Both the position numbers and the translations under genes were made by a program. The notes under the pieces were generated by a model. The model searched no databases and was not told the DNA's origin. It saw only the letters and a program-made list of their open reading frames with translations. Positions 12,201 to 22,581 of a stretch of 64,000 bases of DNA are shown piece after piece. This DNA comes from an uncultured Poribacteria bacterium (GTDB lineage: Bacteria; Poribacteria; WGA-4E; WGA-3G), in the NCBI GenBank assembly GCA_958296135.2, contig CATQHZ020000001.1:3008001-3072000 (forward strand). Direction: 5' to 3'. Position 1 is the first letter of the stretch; every line of letters starts with the position of its first letter.

Positions 12201-12755
12201 TTAGAGAACATGATGCAGCAGTTGCAACAGCTCGCGCAAAGCCAAGAGCAGCTAAACCAAATGGCACAAAACCTGAGTCAGCAGATGCGGCAACAGGGAC
12301 AAACGCCCGGGCTCCAACAGCTGCTCAAGCAGCTGGCCGGGCAGCAGCAGCTCATCCGCGAGGCAACCGAACGTCTCGCAGAAATGGCAGAGCAGATGGC
12401 GGAGATGCTCGGCAGCCTCGAAGATGTCGCCGAAGAAATGGCGGAAGTTGAGAAGTCCCTCCAACAAGGTGAACTCAACCGGCAGGTGCTTGATAGACAA
12501 GAGCAAATTCTGACGCGCATGCTTGACAGCCTGAAATCGTTGCAGAAACGGGATGTGGGCAAACAACGGAAAGCGCAGGTGGCGAAAAAGCCATCGGCTC
12601 CAGCACGAGAAGTACCGCCGTTGCATCCGGCACTGCTCGAAATCGTGCGGAAGTTAGAGACTTCGCCGAACGCGACTGAGATGGAAAATATCCCCTTTCA
12701 ATATCGCGAACAACTTCGGCAGTATTTCAAAGCACTTTCACAGAAGACCCGGTAG
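9201..12755 (+). CDS. DUF4175-like membrane protein with Ig-like domains and a long Gln-rich coiled coil
   Basis: N-terminal TMs, YPPYT, ATDDYG, Q/E-rich helical C-terminus ending P..YREQLRQYFKAL. Confidence 0.75.
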   Translation: MEKHTVNEAYEKVIVAIRAVRRTWRWLIFSEGVLMCIGILAFAMTSALVCFQLPLPRWMRMAVIVSCLGVGIWTLIRFILRPLLRKLTDATVASHLEKTEPASQSRILSAVQLKGTLTANRFGYAPEFVEQLIFETAREVERIQPKQVFASEYQHIKRNAGLAGLAVGLLLITHFLWLPTAFKGFAQTFRAIPKTPQEVLQVQISDVHPGDINIERGTGVTITANVSGHLGAPVALYYRIGNQAGEGAPTEWHALEMHRSPIEILYSMTIENVDRTLQYYISTKEVTSEQYQITVNREPVVKQFQIRLNYPPYTQLPSQTLEVNNGDIHALFGTEVVFTGESNKPLASAFLDFEESEDVPLAITDVQEFADAGEPEARPDTGFPRIDGTFIAQKSENYSIRLTAVEGNLTNRAPIRYTVNVIKDAAPEVDIVEPARDSVLDDAMFVELKVEATDDYGIQEIQLVYRIEREDAAEVNVPLHAPTARLPKRQSLFLTYTWDVDAVGMFPGETLAYYIQALDTDNVSGPNVGKSLTYTLRFPSLSEMYDAISSEQQTEQHGIEELFDEQAEAAGLVDTLLHKIRKSQQLTLKDENLMQQVMDTQQQIEEAATQLVEDMKQTAAEMEKNQLFDRETLQKYQELQELMEEALSEEHKELLKKLSEALAEQELTEQEKALMEANLNQEQFLQQLERAKSLYEQLLLQQELEAAAKQAEALAEQQQQLMDTLEAIEDGSHSPQEGNPTDTPQDLAQKEDRVGSEVAQLHEKLDSLGADMGKLAEKQDSETIGAPPQIERLADEIKRLNQFAQAQKLTETLQGTSANLRSGQNQQALQSGREAQQTLTELAQGLDNALEFMEGANANATQTAMQQAVSSALHLSHLHEKVLEQTQTLSATAAADRPVDGEIKRMQQLAAEELSAAEGLDRLATQLWELGTRQMEVDPGIVRSLNASNDALSRAARALEDRQPGLAVPIQRAALAELNAAIFQLLNAMAQMNQQMGASGLENMMQQLQQLAQSQEQLNQMAQNLSQQMRQQGQTPGLQQLLKQLAGQQQLIREATERLAEMAEQMAEMLGSLEDVAEEMAEVEKSLQQGELNRQVLDRQEQILTRMLDSLKSLQKRDVGKQRKAQVAKKPSAPAREVPPLHPALLEIVRKLETSPNATEMENIPFQYREQLRQYFKALSQKTR

Positions 12756-12774
12756 ACGCGGTTTCTAACCGCGC

Positions 12775-14210
12775 ACGGCAAAACCCGGCGAGCACGTTCC
12801 CAAACGGCCCCTCTTCACCGTAGCGCGAGGTCCTGTGCCTCGCGATCGCTCTCGCACCGAGAACGCCCTCTTCACCGTAGCGCGAGGGCCTGTGCCTCGC
12901 GATCGCTCTCGCACCGAGAACGCCCGCAGCCCCATAGCGCCAGGGAAAACATGGCCCCCGCGATCCAAACGGCCCCTCTTTACCGTAGCGCGAGGTCCTG
13001 TGCCTCGCGATCGCTCTCGCACCGAGAACGTCCGCAGCCCCGCAGCGCGAGGGAAAACATGGCCCTCGCGATCGATGCATGGCGCGGCACAGGACCGCGC
13101 CCTACGGACTCAGGCGCATTTTCACCGTAGCGCGAGGTCCTGTGCCTCGCGATCGCTCTCGCACCGAGAACGCCCGCAGCCCCATAGCGCCAGGGAAAAC
13201 ATGGCCCCCGCGATCCAAACGGCCCCTTTTCACCGTAGCGCGAGGTCCTGTGCCTCGCGATCGCTCTCGCACCGAGAACGCCCGCAGCCCCATAGCACCA
13301 GGGAAAACATGGCCCTCGCAATCGATGCATGGCGCGGCACAGGACCGCGCCCTACGGACTAAGCGCCTTTTCACCGTAGCGCGAGGTCCTGTGCCTCGCG
13401 ATCGCTCTCACGCCGAGAACGCCCGCAGCCCCATAGCGCCAGGGAAAACATGGCCCCCGCGATCCAAACGGCCCCTCTTTACCGTAGCGCGAGGGCCTGT
13501 CCCTCGCGATCTCTCTCGCACCGAGAACGCCCGCAGCCCCGTAGCGCGAGGGAAAACATGGCCCTCGCGATCGATGCATGGCGCGGCACAGGACCGCGCC
13601 CTACGGACTAAGGCCCCTTTTCACCGTAGCGCGAGGGCCTGTGCCTCGCGATCTCTCTCGCACCGAGAACGCCCGCAGCCCCGCAGCGCGAGGGAAAACA
13701 TGGCCCCCGCGATCCAAACGGCCCCTCTTTACCGTAGCGCGAGGTCCTGTGCCTCGCGATCGCTCTCGCACCGAGAACGCCCGCAGCCCCGTAGCGCGAG
13801 GGAAAACATGGCCCTCGCGATCGATGCATGGCGCGGCACAGGACCGCGCCCTACGGACTAAGCCCCCTTTTCACCGTAGCGCGAGGGCCTGTGCCTCGCG
13901 ATCGCTCTCGCACCGAGAACGCCCGCAGCCCCATAGCGCCTGGGAAAACATGGCCCCCGCGATCGATGCATGGCGCGGCACAGGACCGCGCCCTACGGAC
14001 GAAGAAGCATTTTCACCGTAGCGCGAGGTCCTGTGCCTCGCGATCGCTCTCACGCCGAGAACGCCCGCAGCCCCATAGCGCCAGGGAAAACATGGCCCCC
14101 GCGTTCCCAAACGGCCCCTTTTCACCGTAGCGCGAGGGCCTGTCCCTCGCGATCTCTCTCGCACCGAGAACGCCCGCAGCCCCATAGCGCGAGGGCACCC
14201 CTCGCGAATC
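12775..14210. repeat. BIME-like tandem array of GTAG REP modules (12 copies of ACCGTAGCGCGAGG; mostly alternating 108/142 bp spacing, ~250 bp higher-order unit)
   Basis: Copies at 12817, 12874, 12982, 13124, 13232, 13373, 13481, 13623, 13731, 13873, 14015, 14124, interleaved with inverted GGCGCGGCACAGGACCGCGCCCTAC. Confidence 0.92.
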
Positions 14211-14240
14211 GTTTTTTGTGCATTTTTTTTGCATTTTAAC

Positions 14241-14269
14241 TTGACTTTGCCCCAAAAATGTGTTATAAT
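14241..14269 (+). promoter_or_regulatory. sigma70-type promoter
   Basis: TTGACT-N17-TATAAT, extended -10. Confidence 0.7.
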
Positions 14270-14385
14270 TAATACATGAATTACTGAAAAGCGCATTTTT
14301 AACGCAATCTTTCACAGAACCGCGCCAAACGCTCGCGCAAACACGCGAACTAGAATGCACGATTACAGGACTTTAGAGACACACG

Positions 14386-15969
14386 ATGAAAATACGAAAC
14401 CTCCTCCGACAACCCGCATCGGACACGACGCTCTTCTTCTGCTGCCTCTGCGCCGTCCTCGGCGGCATTATCCTCCACAACGCAAACAAACAGGCTGACA
14501 GCTTTATCACCATCGCCCACGATGAGCCGGAACGTTTCGTCAATGGCAAGAATCTCTTGATCAAGAGGGTGCACGAAGACAGCTGGGACATCGCCTACGG
14601 ATTTCACGACGATTGCCCCGCCAGTGAAAAAACCGAGGAGAACCTCGCTATCATCCGCGAAGCCTTGGAAAAAGCAATCAGAATGTGGTTAGCTCCTCTA
14701 CGGGAAATCAGCGATAAACCGATTGTCGATAAGTTCAATTTTTATGGTCGTGGCCATAAGCCCTATCACATCTATGCCAATTTTACATGTGTTTTTGGCA
14801 GATCGTATGCTGACAGAAACTCGAGGGCAATTGTCATGAAAAAAGCACATTGGGGGCAACCTATCTCTCCAGACCTGCCTTATCGCTTAAGTTCTCTATT
14901 GCATGAACTTGGACACACTTTCGATCTCGCCGATACCTACGCAGCTGCGGAGCGGGGGGAAAGCTTTGTCAGCACCGGTAACCTCAGTAATACCAGGGGC
15001 AAACACGCCTACTCGGTTATGTCCTCAGTGTATTGCAAAGGAGGCGACATCTGTGATGATGACAAAAAGGCTATGCAGTGGCTGTACCGCTATCACTACG
15101 AGGGACTCGATCCCACAAACTGCCCGCCGGACTATGTCTACGATGAACTCCCCGAAGGCGATCGGCAAATCGGTGGCTGTGTTCCCCGGCAACCGCTGAT
15201 TTTTGAGGCTCGGCAGGGACATATCAGCCTTGTGCAACGGATGGTCAAAGAAAACAAAAACCTACTGATCAACGAACAGGACAGAGATGGCAATACAGCT
15301 TTACATCATTTGTCCACATATCTCAACGTTCATGGAAGAGACACGTTAGCAAAGACGCTACAGATGTTCTTCGATTACCCCGGTCCCGGCATTGACATCA
15401 ATATCAAAAACAACGCCCAGAGTGGCGGCAATACCGCCCTGCACCTCGCGGTGGTGCTCAATAACCATACGATGGTCAGAGTTTTACTCGCAGTCACAGG
15501 CGTTGAACTCAACGCCCGCAATACCCTCGGCATGACCCCCTTACACTACGCGGCAAAGCGTGGAGATGTCGAAAGTGCCAAACTCCTGCTGGCGCATTCA
15601 AACATCAACCCGAATCTCCGCACGGAGGCAGGGCTCACCGCCTTGCAGATTGCGCAGCGGCGCGATGACATCAACGCAGTCCTCGCCGCCTGGGCAGCGG
15701 AGACAGAGCCGGACTTCGTCCCGTCGCCGTCGGAGTTACAGCAGCGCCGTGCTGAGATCGCCGCGTTGTTGCGCGCGCATCCGCGGATAATCCTACCGGC
15801 AGCATCAGACATCAACGGCGATGGCATTGTGAACATCTTAGACCTCGTGAAGATTGCCAATGTGTTCGGGCATCCCTTCGATGGCCCAGAGGATGTCAAC
15901 GGCGATGGCATTGTAAACATCTTAGATTTAGTGTGGGTATCCGGCGCGTTTGGGCAGGCGGCGGACTAA
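14386..15969 (+). CDS. Secreted/anchored metzincin-like Zn metalloprotease with ankyrin repeats and a C-terminal dockerin-like domain
   Basis: N-terminal hydrophobic segment; HELGHTFDLAD plus a YSVMS Met-turn; GNTALH/GMTPLH/GLTAL ankyrins; two D(I/V)NGDGIVNILDLV. Confidence 0.85.
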   Translation: MKIRNLLRQPASDTTLFFCCLCAVLGGIILHNANKQADSFITIAHDEPERFVNGKNLLIKRVHEDSWDIAYGFHDDCPASEKTEENLAIIREALEKAIRMWLAPLREISDKPIVDKFNFYGRGHKPYHIYANFTCVFGRSYADRNSRAIVMKKAHWGQPISPDLPYRLSSLLHELGHTFDLADTYAAAERGESFVSTGNLSNTRGKHAYSVMSSVYCKGGDICDDDKKAMQWLYRYHYEGLDPTNCPPDYVYDELPEGDRQIGGCVPRQPLIFEARQGHISLVQRMVKENKNLLINEQDRDGNTALHHLSTYLNVHGRDTLAKTLQMFFDYPGPGIDINIKNNAQSGGNTALHLAVVLNNHTMVRVLLAVTGVELNARNTLGMTPLHYAAKRGDVESAKLLLAHSNINPNLRTEAGLTALQIAQRRDDINAVLAAWAAETEPDFVPSPSELQQRRAEIAALLRAHPRIILPAASDINGDGIVNILDLVKIANVFGHPFDGPEDVNGDGIVNILDLVWVSGAFGQAAD

Positions 15970-15974
15970 AAAAA

Positions 15975-16970
15975 CCTGTCCCTCGATGCTCCGTTGTAGG
16001 AGAGACCCCTGGTCTCGATGCCTTCTCCCTTTTCACCGTAGCGCGAGGTCCTGTGCCTCGCGATCGCTCTCGCACCGAGAACGCCCGCAGCCCCGTAGCG
16101 CGAGGGCCTGTCCCTCGCGATCCACCGACCGCACCAAACGGCCCCCTTTCACCCTCGCGATCGATGCATGGCGCGGCACAGGACCGCGCCCTACGGGAAC
16201 GGAAGGGGCTCGTGGAGATCGATGCATGGCGCGGCACAGGACCGCGCCCTACGGGAACGGAAGGGGCGCGTGGCGAGGGAAAACCCGGCGAGCGCGTTCC
16301 CAAACGGCCCCTCTTTACCGTAGCGCGAGGGCCGTCACGCCGAAACGTTGTCATCTCTGCAGCCCCGCTGCAGAGATGTCCACTGTCCCTCGCGATCGGT
16401 GCATGGCGCGGCACAGGACCGCGCCCTACGGTAAGGGAAGGGGCGCGTGGCGAGGGAAAACCCGGCGAGCGCGTTCCCAAACGGCCCCTTTTCACCGTAG
16501 CGCGAGGGCCTGTCCCTCGCGATCGTCCGACCAACAAGAAAGGCCCCTTTTTCCCATCGCGCGAAGAATCGTTCGCGCAAAGCATGCGCGGCACAGGACC
16601 GCGCCCTACGGGAACGGAAGGGGCTCGTGGAGATCGAGAGACCGCGAGGCACAGGACCTCGCGCTACGGGCCGCGGACGGTTTTGCCGCGCGCGTGAGAC
16701 CGCGAGGCACAGGACCTCGCGCTACGGGCCGCGGACGGTTTTGCCGCGCGCGTGAGACCGCGAGGCACAGGACCTCGCGCTACGGGCCGCGGACGGTTTT
16801 GCCGCGCGCGAGAGACCGCGAGGCACAGGACCTCGCGCTACGGGCCGCGGACGGTTTTGCCGCGCGCGTGAGATCGCGAGGCACAGGACCTCGCGCTACG
16901 GGCCGCGGACGGTTTTGCCGCGCGCGTGAGACCGCGAGGGACAGGCCCTCGCGCTACGGACCGCGGACGC
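15975..16970. repeat. Second REP mosaic, including a 58-bp tandem repeat (starts 16638, 16696, 16754, 16812, 16870, 16928)
   Basis: Unit GAGACCGCGAGGCACAGGACCTCGCGCTACGGGCCGCGGACGGTTTTGCCGCGCGCGT; same REP modules as the 12.8-14.2 kb array. Confidence 0.92.
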
Positions 16971-17024
16971 GCCAGCACAAGACCGCGCTCTACCGGATAA
17001 AAGGAAGGCGGAAACAGATAAAAC

Positions 17025-18695
17025 ATGCGTATCAACCACGCACTAGCCATAGGGGCAATCCTCATTTTTGGCACCATAATGTGCGCGCCCGCGTTTGCGC
17101 TCACCGATGAAGAAATAGCCGCAAAACTGGAGCGGATGTCCATAGAGGAAAAGGTGGGGCAGCTGCTCATCGTCGGCATTGGCGGCAAACAGGTGAGCCA
17201 AGTCGCCAGAGCCCATATCACTAAACGCTTTGCCGGCGGCATTATCCTTTTCGGACGGAACATCCAGTCCCCGCAGCAGGTCGCGAGGTTAACGATGGCG
17301 CTCCAGCAGGTTGCGCAGCAAACACCGAATGCCATCCCGCTGTTCATCGCGCTCGACCAGGAGGGAGGAATTGTCGCGCGATTGAAAAAAGGCGTAACCG
17401 TTTTCCCCGGCAACCTCGCTTTAGGTGCAACGCGCTCAGAACGCCTCGCCGAAAAAGCCGGGGAAATCACCGCGATTGAATTAGCCGCTGTCGGAGTGAA
17501 CCTCAACTTCGCGCCAGTGATGGATATTAACACCAATCCGCGCAATCCTGTCATCGGTGTTCGCGCTTACGGCGAATCTCCCATGCTCGTCTCGCAGTTA
17601 GGCACCGCCTACATCCGCGGCTTGCAAGCAAACGGCGTGCTCGCCACCGCCAAACATTTTCCCGGACACGGGGATACGCACCTCGATTCTCACAAAAAAC
17701 TGCCCACCGTCAGACACGACAAGGAACGGATGGACACCGTTGAACTCGCGCCATTTCGGGCCGCGATTCGGGCGCGGGTTGCCGCGATTATGTCGGCGCA
17801 TATCCTCTATCCTCTGCTTGATGCAGACACCCCGGCGACGCTATCGCATCGCATTCTGACCGGGGTCCTTCGCGAACAACTCGGATTTGAAGGACTCATC
17901 ATCACCGATGACCTGGAAATGCAAGCAATCGACGCGCATTACCAGACCGGCAATGCCGCTGTCATGGCGATTCAAGCCGGGGCGGATATCGTGATGGTGC
18001 CGTGGACGCTTAAAAAGCAGCAGCAGGCATACAACGCGCTCCGGAATGCAGTCACGCGTGGAGATATTTCAAGAAACCGCCTCAACGAATCCGTGCGGCG
18101 CATTTTAAAGGCGAAAAGCGAATTCGGGATGTTTAAACCACGGGCGGGAGGAACAATCTCTGCGCGCGACTTGGGAAACCCGCGGCACTTAGAAATCGCG
18201 CAAACCATCGCGACGCAAGCGATAACCGTCGTCAAAAACAGTGATGCGATACTGCCACTGAACGCCGAATCTCGGAAACCTGTCATGCTCATCAGTGCCT
18301 CGCGCTTGTTTGCGAATGCATTCCTGAAGGCGCACACCGATACAGCGCACATTTCGCACGTTAAGATTCCAAAACAACTTGACGCGGCGCAATTGCTACC
18401 GCAATTGATGCGACAGCAGCCATCTGTCATTGTGGCAGGGATTACCAACGCGCAGCAGGCAGAATTGATGCATCAACTAGCGCAAAACACGCAAAACACG
18501 CAAGACACACTGACACCTATCGTCGTGGTTTCGCTTGCGTCGCCGTATCTGTTGGGACACTGTCCCGATGTTGCCGCCGCGCTCGCCGCCTACGATGGGA
18601 ATTACTACTCCGCGCTCGCCGCTGTGGAAGTTATATTCGGAAAGCAGCAGGCGACAGGAAAGTTGCCCGTTACAATTCCGCCTCGCGTTCCGTAG
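17025..18695 (+). CDS. nagZ: GH3 beta-N-acetylhexosaminidase (NagZ-like, secreted, two-domain)
   Basis: DQEGG, KHFPGHGDTHLDSH, IITDDLEM, C-terminal ATGKLPV; signal peptide. Confidence 0.88.
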   Translation: MRINHALAIGAILIFGTIMCAPAFALTDEEIAAKLERMSIEEKVGQLLIVGIGGKQVSQVARAHITKRFAGGIILFGRNIQSPQQVARLTMALQQVAQQTPNAIPLFIALDQEGGIVARLKKGVTVFPGNLALGATRSERLAEKAGEITAIELAAVGVNLNFAPVMDINTNPRNPVIGVRAYGESPMLVSQLGTAYIRGLQANGVLATAKHFPGHGDTHLDSHKKLPTVRHDKERMDTVELAPFRAAIRARVAAIMSAHILYPLLDADTPATLSHRILTGVLREQLGFEGLIITDDLEMQAIDAHYQTGNAAVMAIQAGADIVMVPWTLKKQQQAYNALRNAVTRGDISRNRLNESVRRILKAKSEFGMFKPRAGGTISARDLGNPRHLEIAQTIATQAITVVKNSDAILPLNAESRKPVMLISASRLFANAFLKAHTDTAHISHVKIPKQLDAAQLLPQLMRQQPSVIVAGITNAQQAELMHQLAQNTQNTQDTLTPIVVVSLASPYLLGHCPDVAAALAAYDGNYYSALAAVEVIFGKQQATGKLPVTIPPRVP

Positions 18696-18770
18696 GGGGG
18701 AAGGCCCGGCGATAGCGAATCGCTGAGGGTTTCCCGCGCCGTGCCGAGGCTAAAAACGAAAGGACCAGGA

Positions 18771-19796
18771 ATGACACGACACACTTATGTCAGCATCACC
18801 GACGATGCATTCTATATTAACGGAGAAATTACCTATAAAGGCCGCTTCTACGAGGGACATCAGATCGAAGGGTTGCTCATGAACACCCGCATGGTGCAAG
18901 GCATCTTTGACGATAGGAATCCCGATACGGTGCATCGGTGGGAGTACCCGGACACCGGCGAGTGGGATGCCGAGCGGAATACACGCGAATTCCTCGCCGC
19001 CATGACAGAATGGCGCGCCCACGGTGTCTTAGCCTTCACTATTAACTTGCAAGGCGGAAGCCCGGAAGGGTATTCCAAAGCGCAACCGTGGCACAACTCC
19101 GGTATTGAATCCGATGGAAGCCTCAATCCCGACTATCTGGCGCGGCTGACGCGAATTATTAACCGGGCTGATGAGCTCGGCATCGTGGTTATCCTCGGCT
19201 ATTTCTATTTTGGGCAAGACCAGCGGCTGGCCAGCGAGGCCGCGGTCGCCCGCGCTACTGATAATGCAACGCAGTGGCTCTTCGACCAGGGGTATACCAA
19301 CGTCATCGTTGAGGTCAACAACGAATGCAACGTCCGCTATTCGCATGAGATTCTGCAACCGGCACGGGTGCATGAGCTTATTGAACAAGTCAAAGCGACA
19401 ACGCGCAATAGCCGGAGATTTCTCGTCGGCACGAGTTACGGCGGGGGCAGGGTGCCGTTTGAAAACGTTGTCCGGGCATCCGATTTTCTGCTCGTCCACG
19501 GCAACGGCGTGAGCGAACCGAACCGCATCGTTGATATGGTGCAGCAGACGCGCGAAGTGCCCGGTTATCGTCCGATGCCTATCCTCTTTAACGAAGATGA
19601 CCATTTTGATTTCGACAAACCCTTTAACAACTGCGTTGCCGCTGTCAGTCAATACGCTTCTTGGGGTTACTTTGACCCGGGTGAGAACGACTATTGCCAC
19701 GGTTACCAGTCGGTGCCGGTTCAGTGGCAAATTAACACGCCGCGCAAGCGCGCATTTTTCAACAAGGTCCGGGACATCACAGGAGGGACCCGGTAG
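18771..19796 (+). CDS. Putative glycoside hydrolase (clan GH-A-like TIM barrel)
   Basis: VEVNNE acid/base-like and ILFNED nucleophile-like motifs; ATG at 18771 after an AGGA RBS. Confidence 0.6.
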   Translation: MTRHTYVSITDDAFYINGEITYKGRFYEGHQIEGLLMNTRMVQGIFDDRNPDTVHRWEYPDTGEWDAERNTREFLAAMTEWRAHGVLAFTINLQGGSPEGYSKAQPWHNSGIESDGSLNPDYLARLTRIINRADELGIVVILGYFYFGQDQRLASEAAVARATDNATQWLFDQGYTNVIVEVNNECNVRYSHEILQPARVHELIEQVKATTRNSRRFLVGTSYGGGRVPFENVVRASDFLLVHGNGVSEPNRIVDMVQQTREVPGYRPMPILFNEDDHFDFDKPFNNCVAAVSQYASWGYFDPGENDYCHGYQSVPVQWQINTPRKRAFFNKVRDITGGTR

Positions 19797-19842
19797 GCGT
19801 TGTTAGAAACCGCGCCTACATTTACGAAAGGAACACCACGAT

Positions 19843-20622
19843 ATGCTACAAATTTCCCCGATTTATTTTGCGATTGCGATTGCCGTTATTGTCATGCTCG
19901 CTACCAGCATTCGCGTCCTCAAGGAATACGAACGCGCTGTTATTTTTCGCCTCGGCCGGTTGAGAAGCACACGCGGCCCCGGGCTTGTCCTCATGATTCC
20001 GTTTTGGATCGAACGGATGCAGCGCATTAGCCTCCGCGTCATCGTCAACGATGTCACGCCACAAGACGTAATTACTAAAGATAACGTCTCCGTTAGCGTC
20101 AACGCCGTGCTGACGTTCAGAGTCATTGAACCCGATCGTGCGGTGATAGAGGTGGAGGACTTCGGTTTCGCCATCGCTCAGATTGCGCAGACGACGCTCC
20201 GCAGCGTACTCGGCCGCGCCGAGCTCGATGACCTGCTTTCCGAACGCGAAAAGTTAAATCAAGACTTGGAGGCCATCATCAAAGAACACTGTGAACCATG
20301 GGGCGTTGAAGTGCTCGCCATGGAGATCAAGCACGTCGATTTGCCAGCGGAGATGCAACGTGCCATGGCGAAACAGGCAGAGGCGGAACGCGAACGCCGC
20401 GCGAAAGTGACGCACGCGCAAGGCGAATTGGAATCTGCACGAGCCTTAACCGGTGCCGCCCAAGTTTTGAGCGAATCTCCAACAGCGGTGCAACTCCGTT
20501 TCCTGCAGGCGTTGGTAGAGGTGAGCGCAGAGAAAAATTCTACCATCGTCTTCCCCATCCCGATTGATTTACTGAGCCCGTTTTTGAACAAGGCGACAGA
20601 AAAAGAGCCGGATAAGTGGTAG
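19843..20622 (+). CDS. SPFH/Band 7 stomatin-like (slipin) protein
   Basis: [42 protein letters not shown]. Confidence 0.93.
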   Translation: MLQISPIYFAIAIAVIVMLATSIRVLKEYERAVIFRLGRLRSTRGPGLVLMIPFWIERMQRISLRVIVNDVTPQDVITKDNVSVSVNAVLTFRVIEPDRAVIEVEDFGFAIAQIAQTTLRSVLGRAELDDLLSEREKLNQDLEAIIKEHCEPWGVEVLAMEIKHVDLPAEMQRAMAKQAEAERERRAKVTHAQGELESARALTGAAQVLSESPTAVQLRFLQALVEVSAEKNSTIVFPIPIDLLSPFLNKATEKEPDKW

Positions 20623-20786
20623 CGTCGGATAATTTTTTCGGCCACCCGGCGAGAGACAGTGGACATCTCTGCAGCGAGGCTGCAGAGATGACAACTTAAA
20701 GTAAGGTAGTTTGCTGTAGGCGTGCCCGTGACGGCCCTCGCCCTACGGTATAATAAGGGATGGCTGCGTAAAGAGAAGATTAGGTT

Positions 20787-21842
20787 CTACCAGTCCTCAT
20801 CGTAAAACGGCATGCTCGGATAACTGTAGACATTTCCCTCATAGTTGCGCATCTGGATTTCATCGTCATTGAAGGTGACAACCGGGTCTGGGATGAGAGC
20901 GATTTTGCCGCCGCCGCCCGGGGCATCGACAACATAGTGCGGCACGCCGAGTCCAGAGATATGCCCACGCAACGCCGCGACAATCTCTAACCCGGTCTTC
21001 ACCGCCGTGCGGAAGTGGTCTGTGCCGACAACCAGGTCTGCCTGATAGATATAGTAGGGTTTCACTCGGATGCGCAGGAGCCCCTTCATGAGTTCTACCA
21101 TCACCCCCGGGTCATCGTTGACTCCCTTGAGGAGCACCGTCTGGTTACCGAGGGGGATGCCGGCATCAGCTAACATGCCGCACGCTTTCTCGGTTTCCGG
21201 CGTAATTTCGCGCGGGTGGTTGAAATGCGTGTTGATGTAAAACGGGTGATTCGCCTTCAAAATCGCGCACAACTCCGGGGTTATCCGCTGCGGCAACGTC
21301 ACAGGCACTCGCGAACCGATCCGAATAATCTCCAGATGTTTGATGGCGCGGAGCCCGCTGACGATGTATTCAATCTTCTTATCTGTCAACATGAGCGGGT
21401 CGCCCCCGGAGATGATGACATCGCGGATTTCCGGGTGCGCCTGAATGTAGGCGAGCCCAGTCTCAATGTTGTTCTCGGAGATAGAGTGCGGGTCGCCGAC
21501 TTTCCGCTTGCGCGTGCAAAATCGGCAATAAATTGGGCACATATAGTTGACGTAAAAGAGCGCCCGGTCGGGGTAGCGATGCGTGACATTCGGCACCTCG
21601 CTGTCGTCTTCTTCGTGCAGCGGGTCCTCCACACCAGTGCTGATTAATTCGCGCGAGTCTGGGACAACCTGCTTCCAGATAGCATCGCCGGGTTCCTCAA
21701 TCAGGCTGAGATAGTAGGGGTTAATACGGATCGGGAATTCTTTGTGAATGCGCTGTATCTCTTCGATGTCAACATCAAAGGCAGCGGCGAGTTTTTCGGG
21801 CGTGTTCACCGTGTCCCGAACGAGACGTTTCCATTCTTCCAT
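20787..21842 (-). CDS. KamA-family radical SAM lysine 2,3-aminomutase-like protein
   Basis: HRYPDR, CPIYCRFCTR, ISGGDPL, NQTVLLKGVND, DAPGGGGK. Confidence 0.92.
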   Translation of the reverse strand: MEEWKRLVRDTVNTPEKLAAAFDVDIEEIQRIHKEFPIRINPYYLSLIEEPGDAIWKQVVPDSRELISTGVEDPLHEEDDSEVPNVTHRYPDRALFYVNYMCPIYCRFCTRKRKVGDPHSISENNIETGLAYIQAHPEIRDVIISGGDPLMLTDKKIEYIVSGLRAIKHLEIIRIGSRVPVTLPQRITPELCAILKANHPFYINTHFNHPREITPETEKACGMLADAGIPLGNQTVLLKGVNDDPGVMVELMKGLLRIRVKPYYIYQADLVVGTDHFRTAVKTGLEIVAALRGHISGLGVPHYVVDAPGGGGKIALIPDPVVTFNDDEIQMRNYEGNVYSYPSMPFYDEDW

Positions 21843-22047
21843 TGATTTTTGTCCACCTTTCTTTCTATGTGCGCGGTTGTAAACCGCGCCTACGGCCCGC
21901 GGGCTGCAGGCCGCGCTTACCAGATGATACCAAGTTAACTTCTGTCGTTCGGGCTTGCAACCCGCCGATGTTAGTCACATCGGGAACGGCCAAGATTCGG
22001 CGAGCTGGTTTCCCTACAGAAGCAAGACACCTCAACGTCATTTGGTA

Positions 22048-22581
22048 TTATGGGGAAACCGGATAGTTTTTCAACGTTACCTTGCGCATGACATCGCCTT
22101 GCCGAAGCGCGTCCACGATATCTATCCCCTCAATGACTTTTCCGAAGGTTGTGTAGCCGCCATTGAGATGTGCGTAACGTGTTGCATCGGTGCCGAGGCA
22201 AATATAAAACTGACTGCCAGCGGAGTCCGGGTGGCGCGTTCGCGCCATTGCGAGGACCCCTTTTTCGTGCGGCGGCATTTTCGCGCGGAGGCCCGGGTCT
22301 TGGAATTCGCCCGGAATTGTCCAGCCAGGGCCGCCGCGGCCGGTTCCCCCCGGGTCTCCCCCTTGTATCACGAATCCGGGGACATACCGATGAAAAGACA
22401 GGCCGTCGTAGAATTCGGCTTCAATCAGTTTAGCGAAATTCGCCACCGTGGCGGGTGCAGCATCCGGGTAAAGTTCAATAACAATGTTTCCTTTATCCGT
22501 TTCAAGCGTTACCGTAGGTAGCCGTTCGCCGTGGCACGAGAAGACTGTCAGCACGAAGGCACCTAATAAACCAATTCGCAT
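22048..22581 (-). CDS. Cyclophilin-type peptidyl-prolyl isomerase (probable lipoprotein)
   Basis: FYDGLSFHR, FVIQGGDP, LAMAR, SAGSQFYI, YTTFGKV. Confidence 0.93.
   Translation of the reverse strand: MRIGLLGAFVLTVFSCHGERLPTVTLETDKGNIVIELYPDAAPATVANFAKLIEAEFYDGLSFHRYVPGFVIQGGDPGGTGRGGPGWTIPGEFQDPGLRAKMPPHEKGVLAMARTRHPDSAGSQFYICLGTDATRYAHLNGGYTTFGKVIEGIDIVDALRQGDVMRKVTLKNYPVSP

Noticed and set aside
12775-14210. Possible CRISPR array
   Set aside because: Inter-repeat sequences are themselves repeated (no unique spacers), units exceed 100 bp, and there are no cas genes; it is a REP mosaic
16638-16970. Possible CRISPR array (58-bp period)
   Set aside because: Whole units are near-identical tandem copies with no variable spacer
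12727-17110. Many overlapping ORFs in the repeat arrays (e.g. 13079-13861, 15933-16697, 15950-17110)
   Set aside because: Translations of GC-rich palindromic repeats that stay open in several frames, with no RBS or domain features
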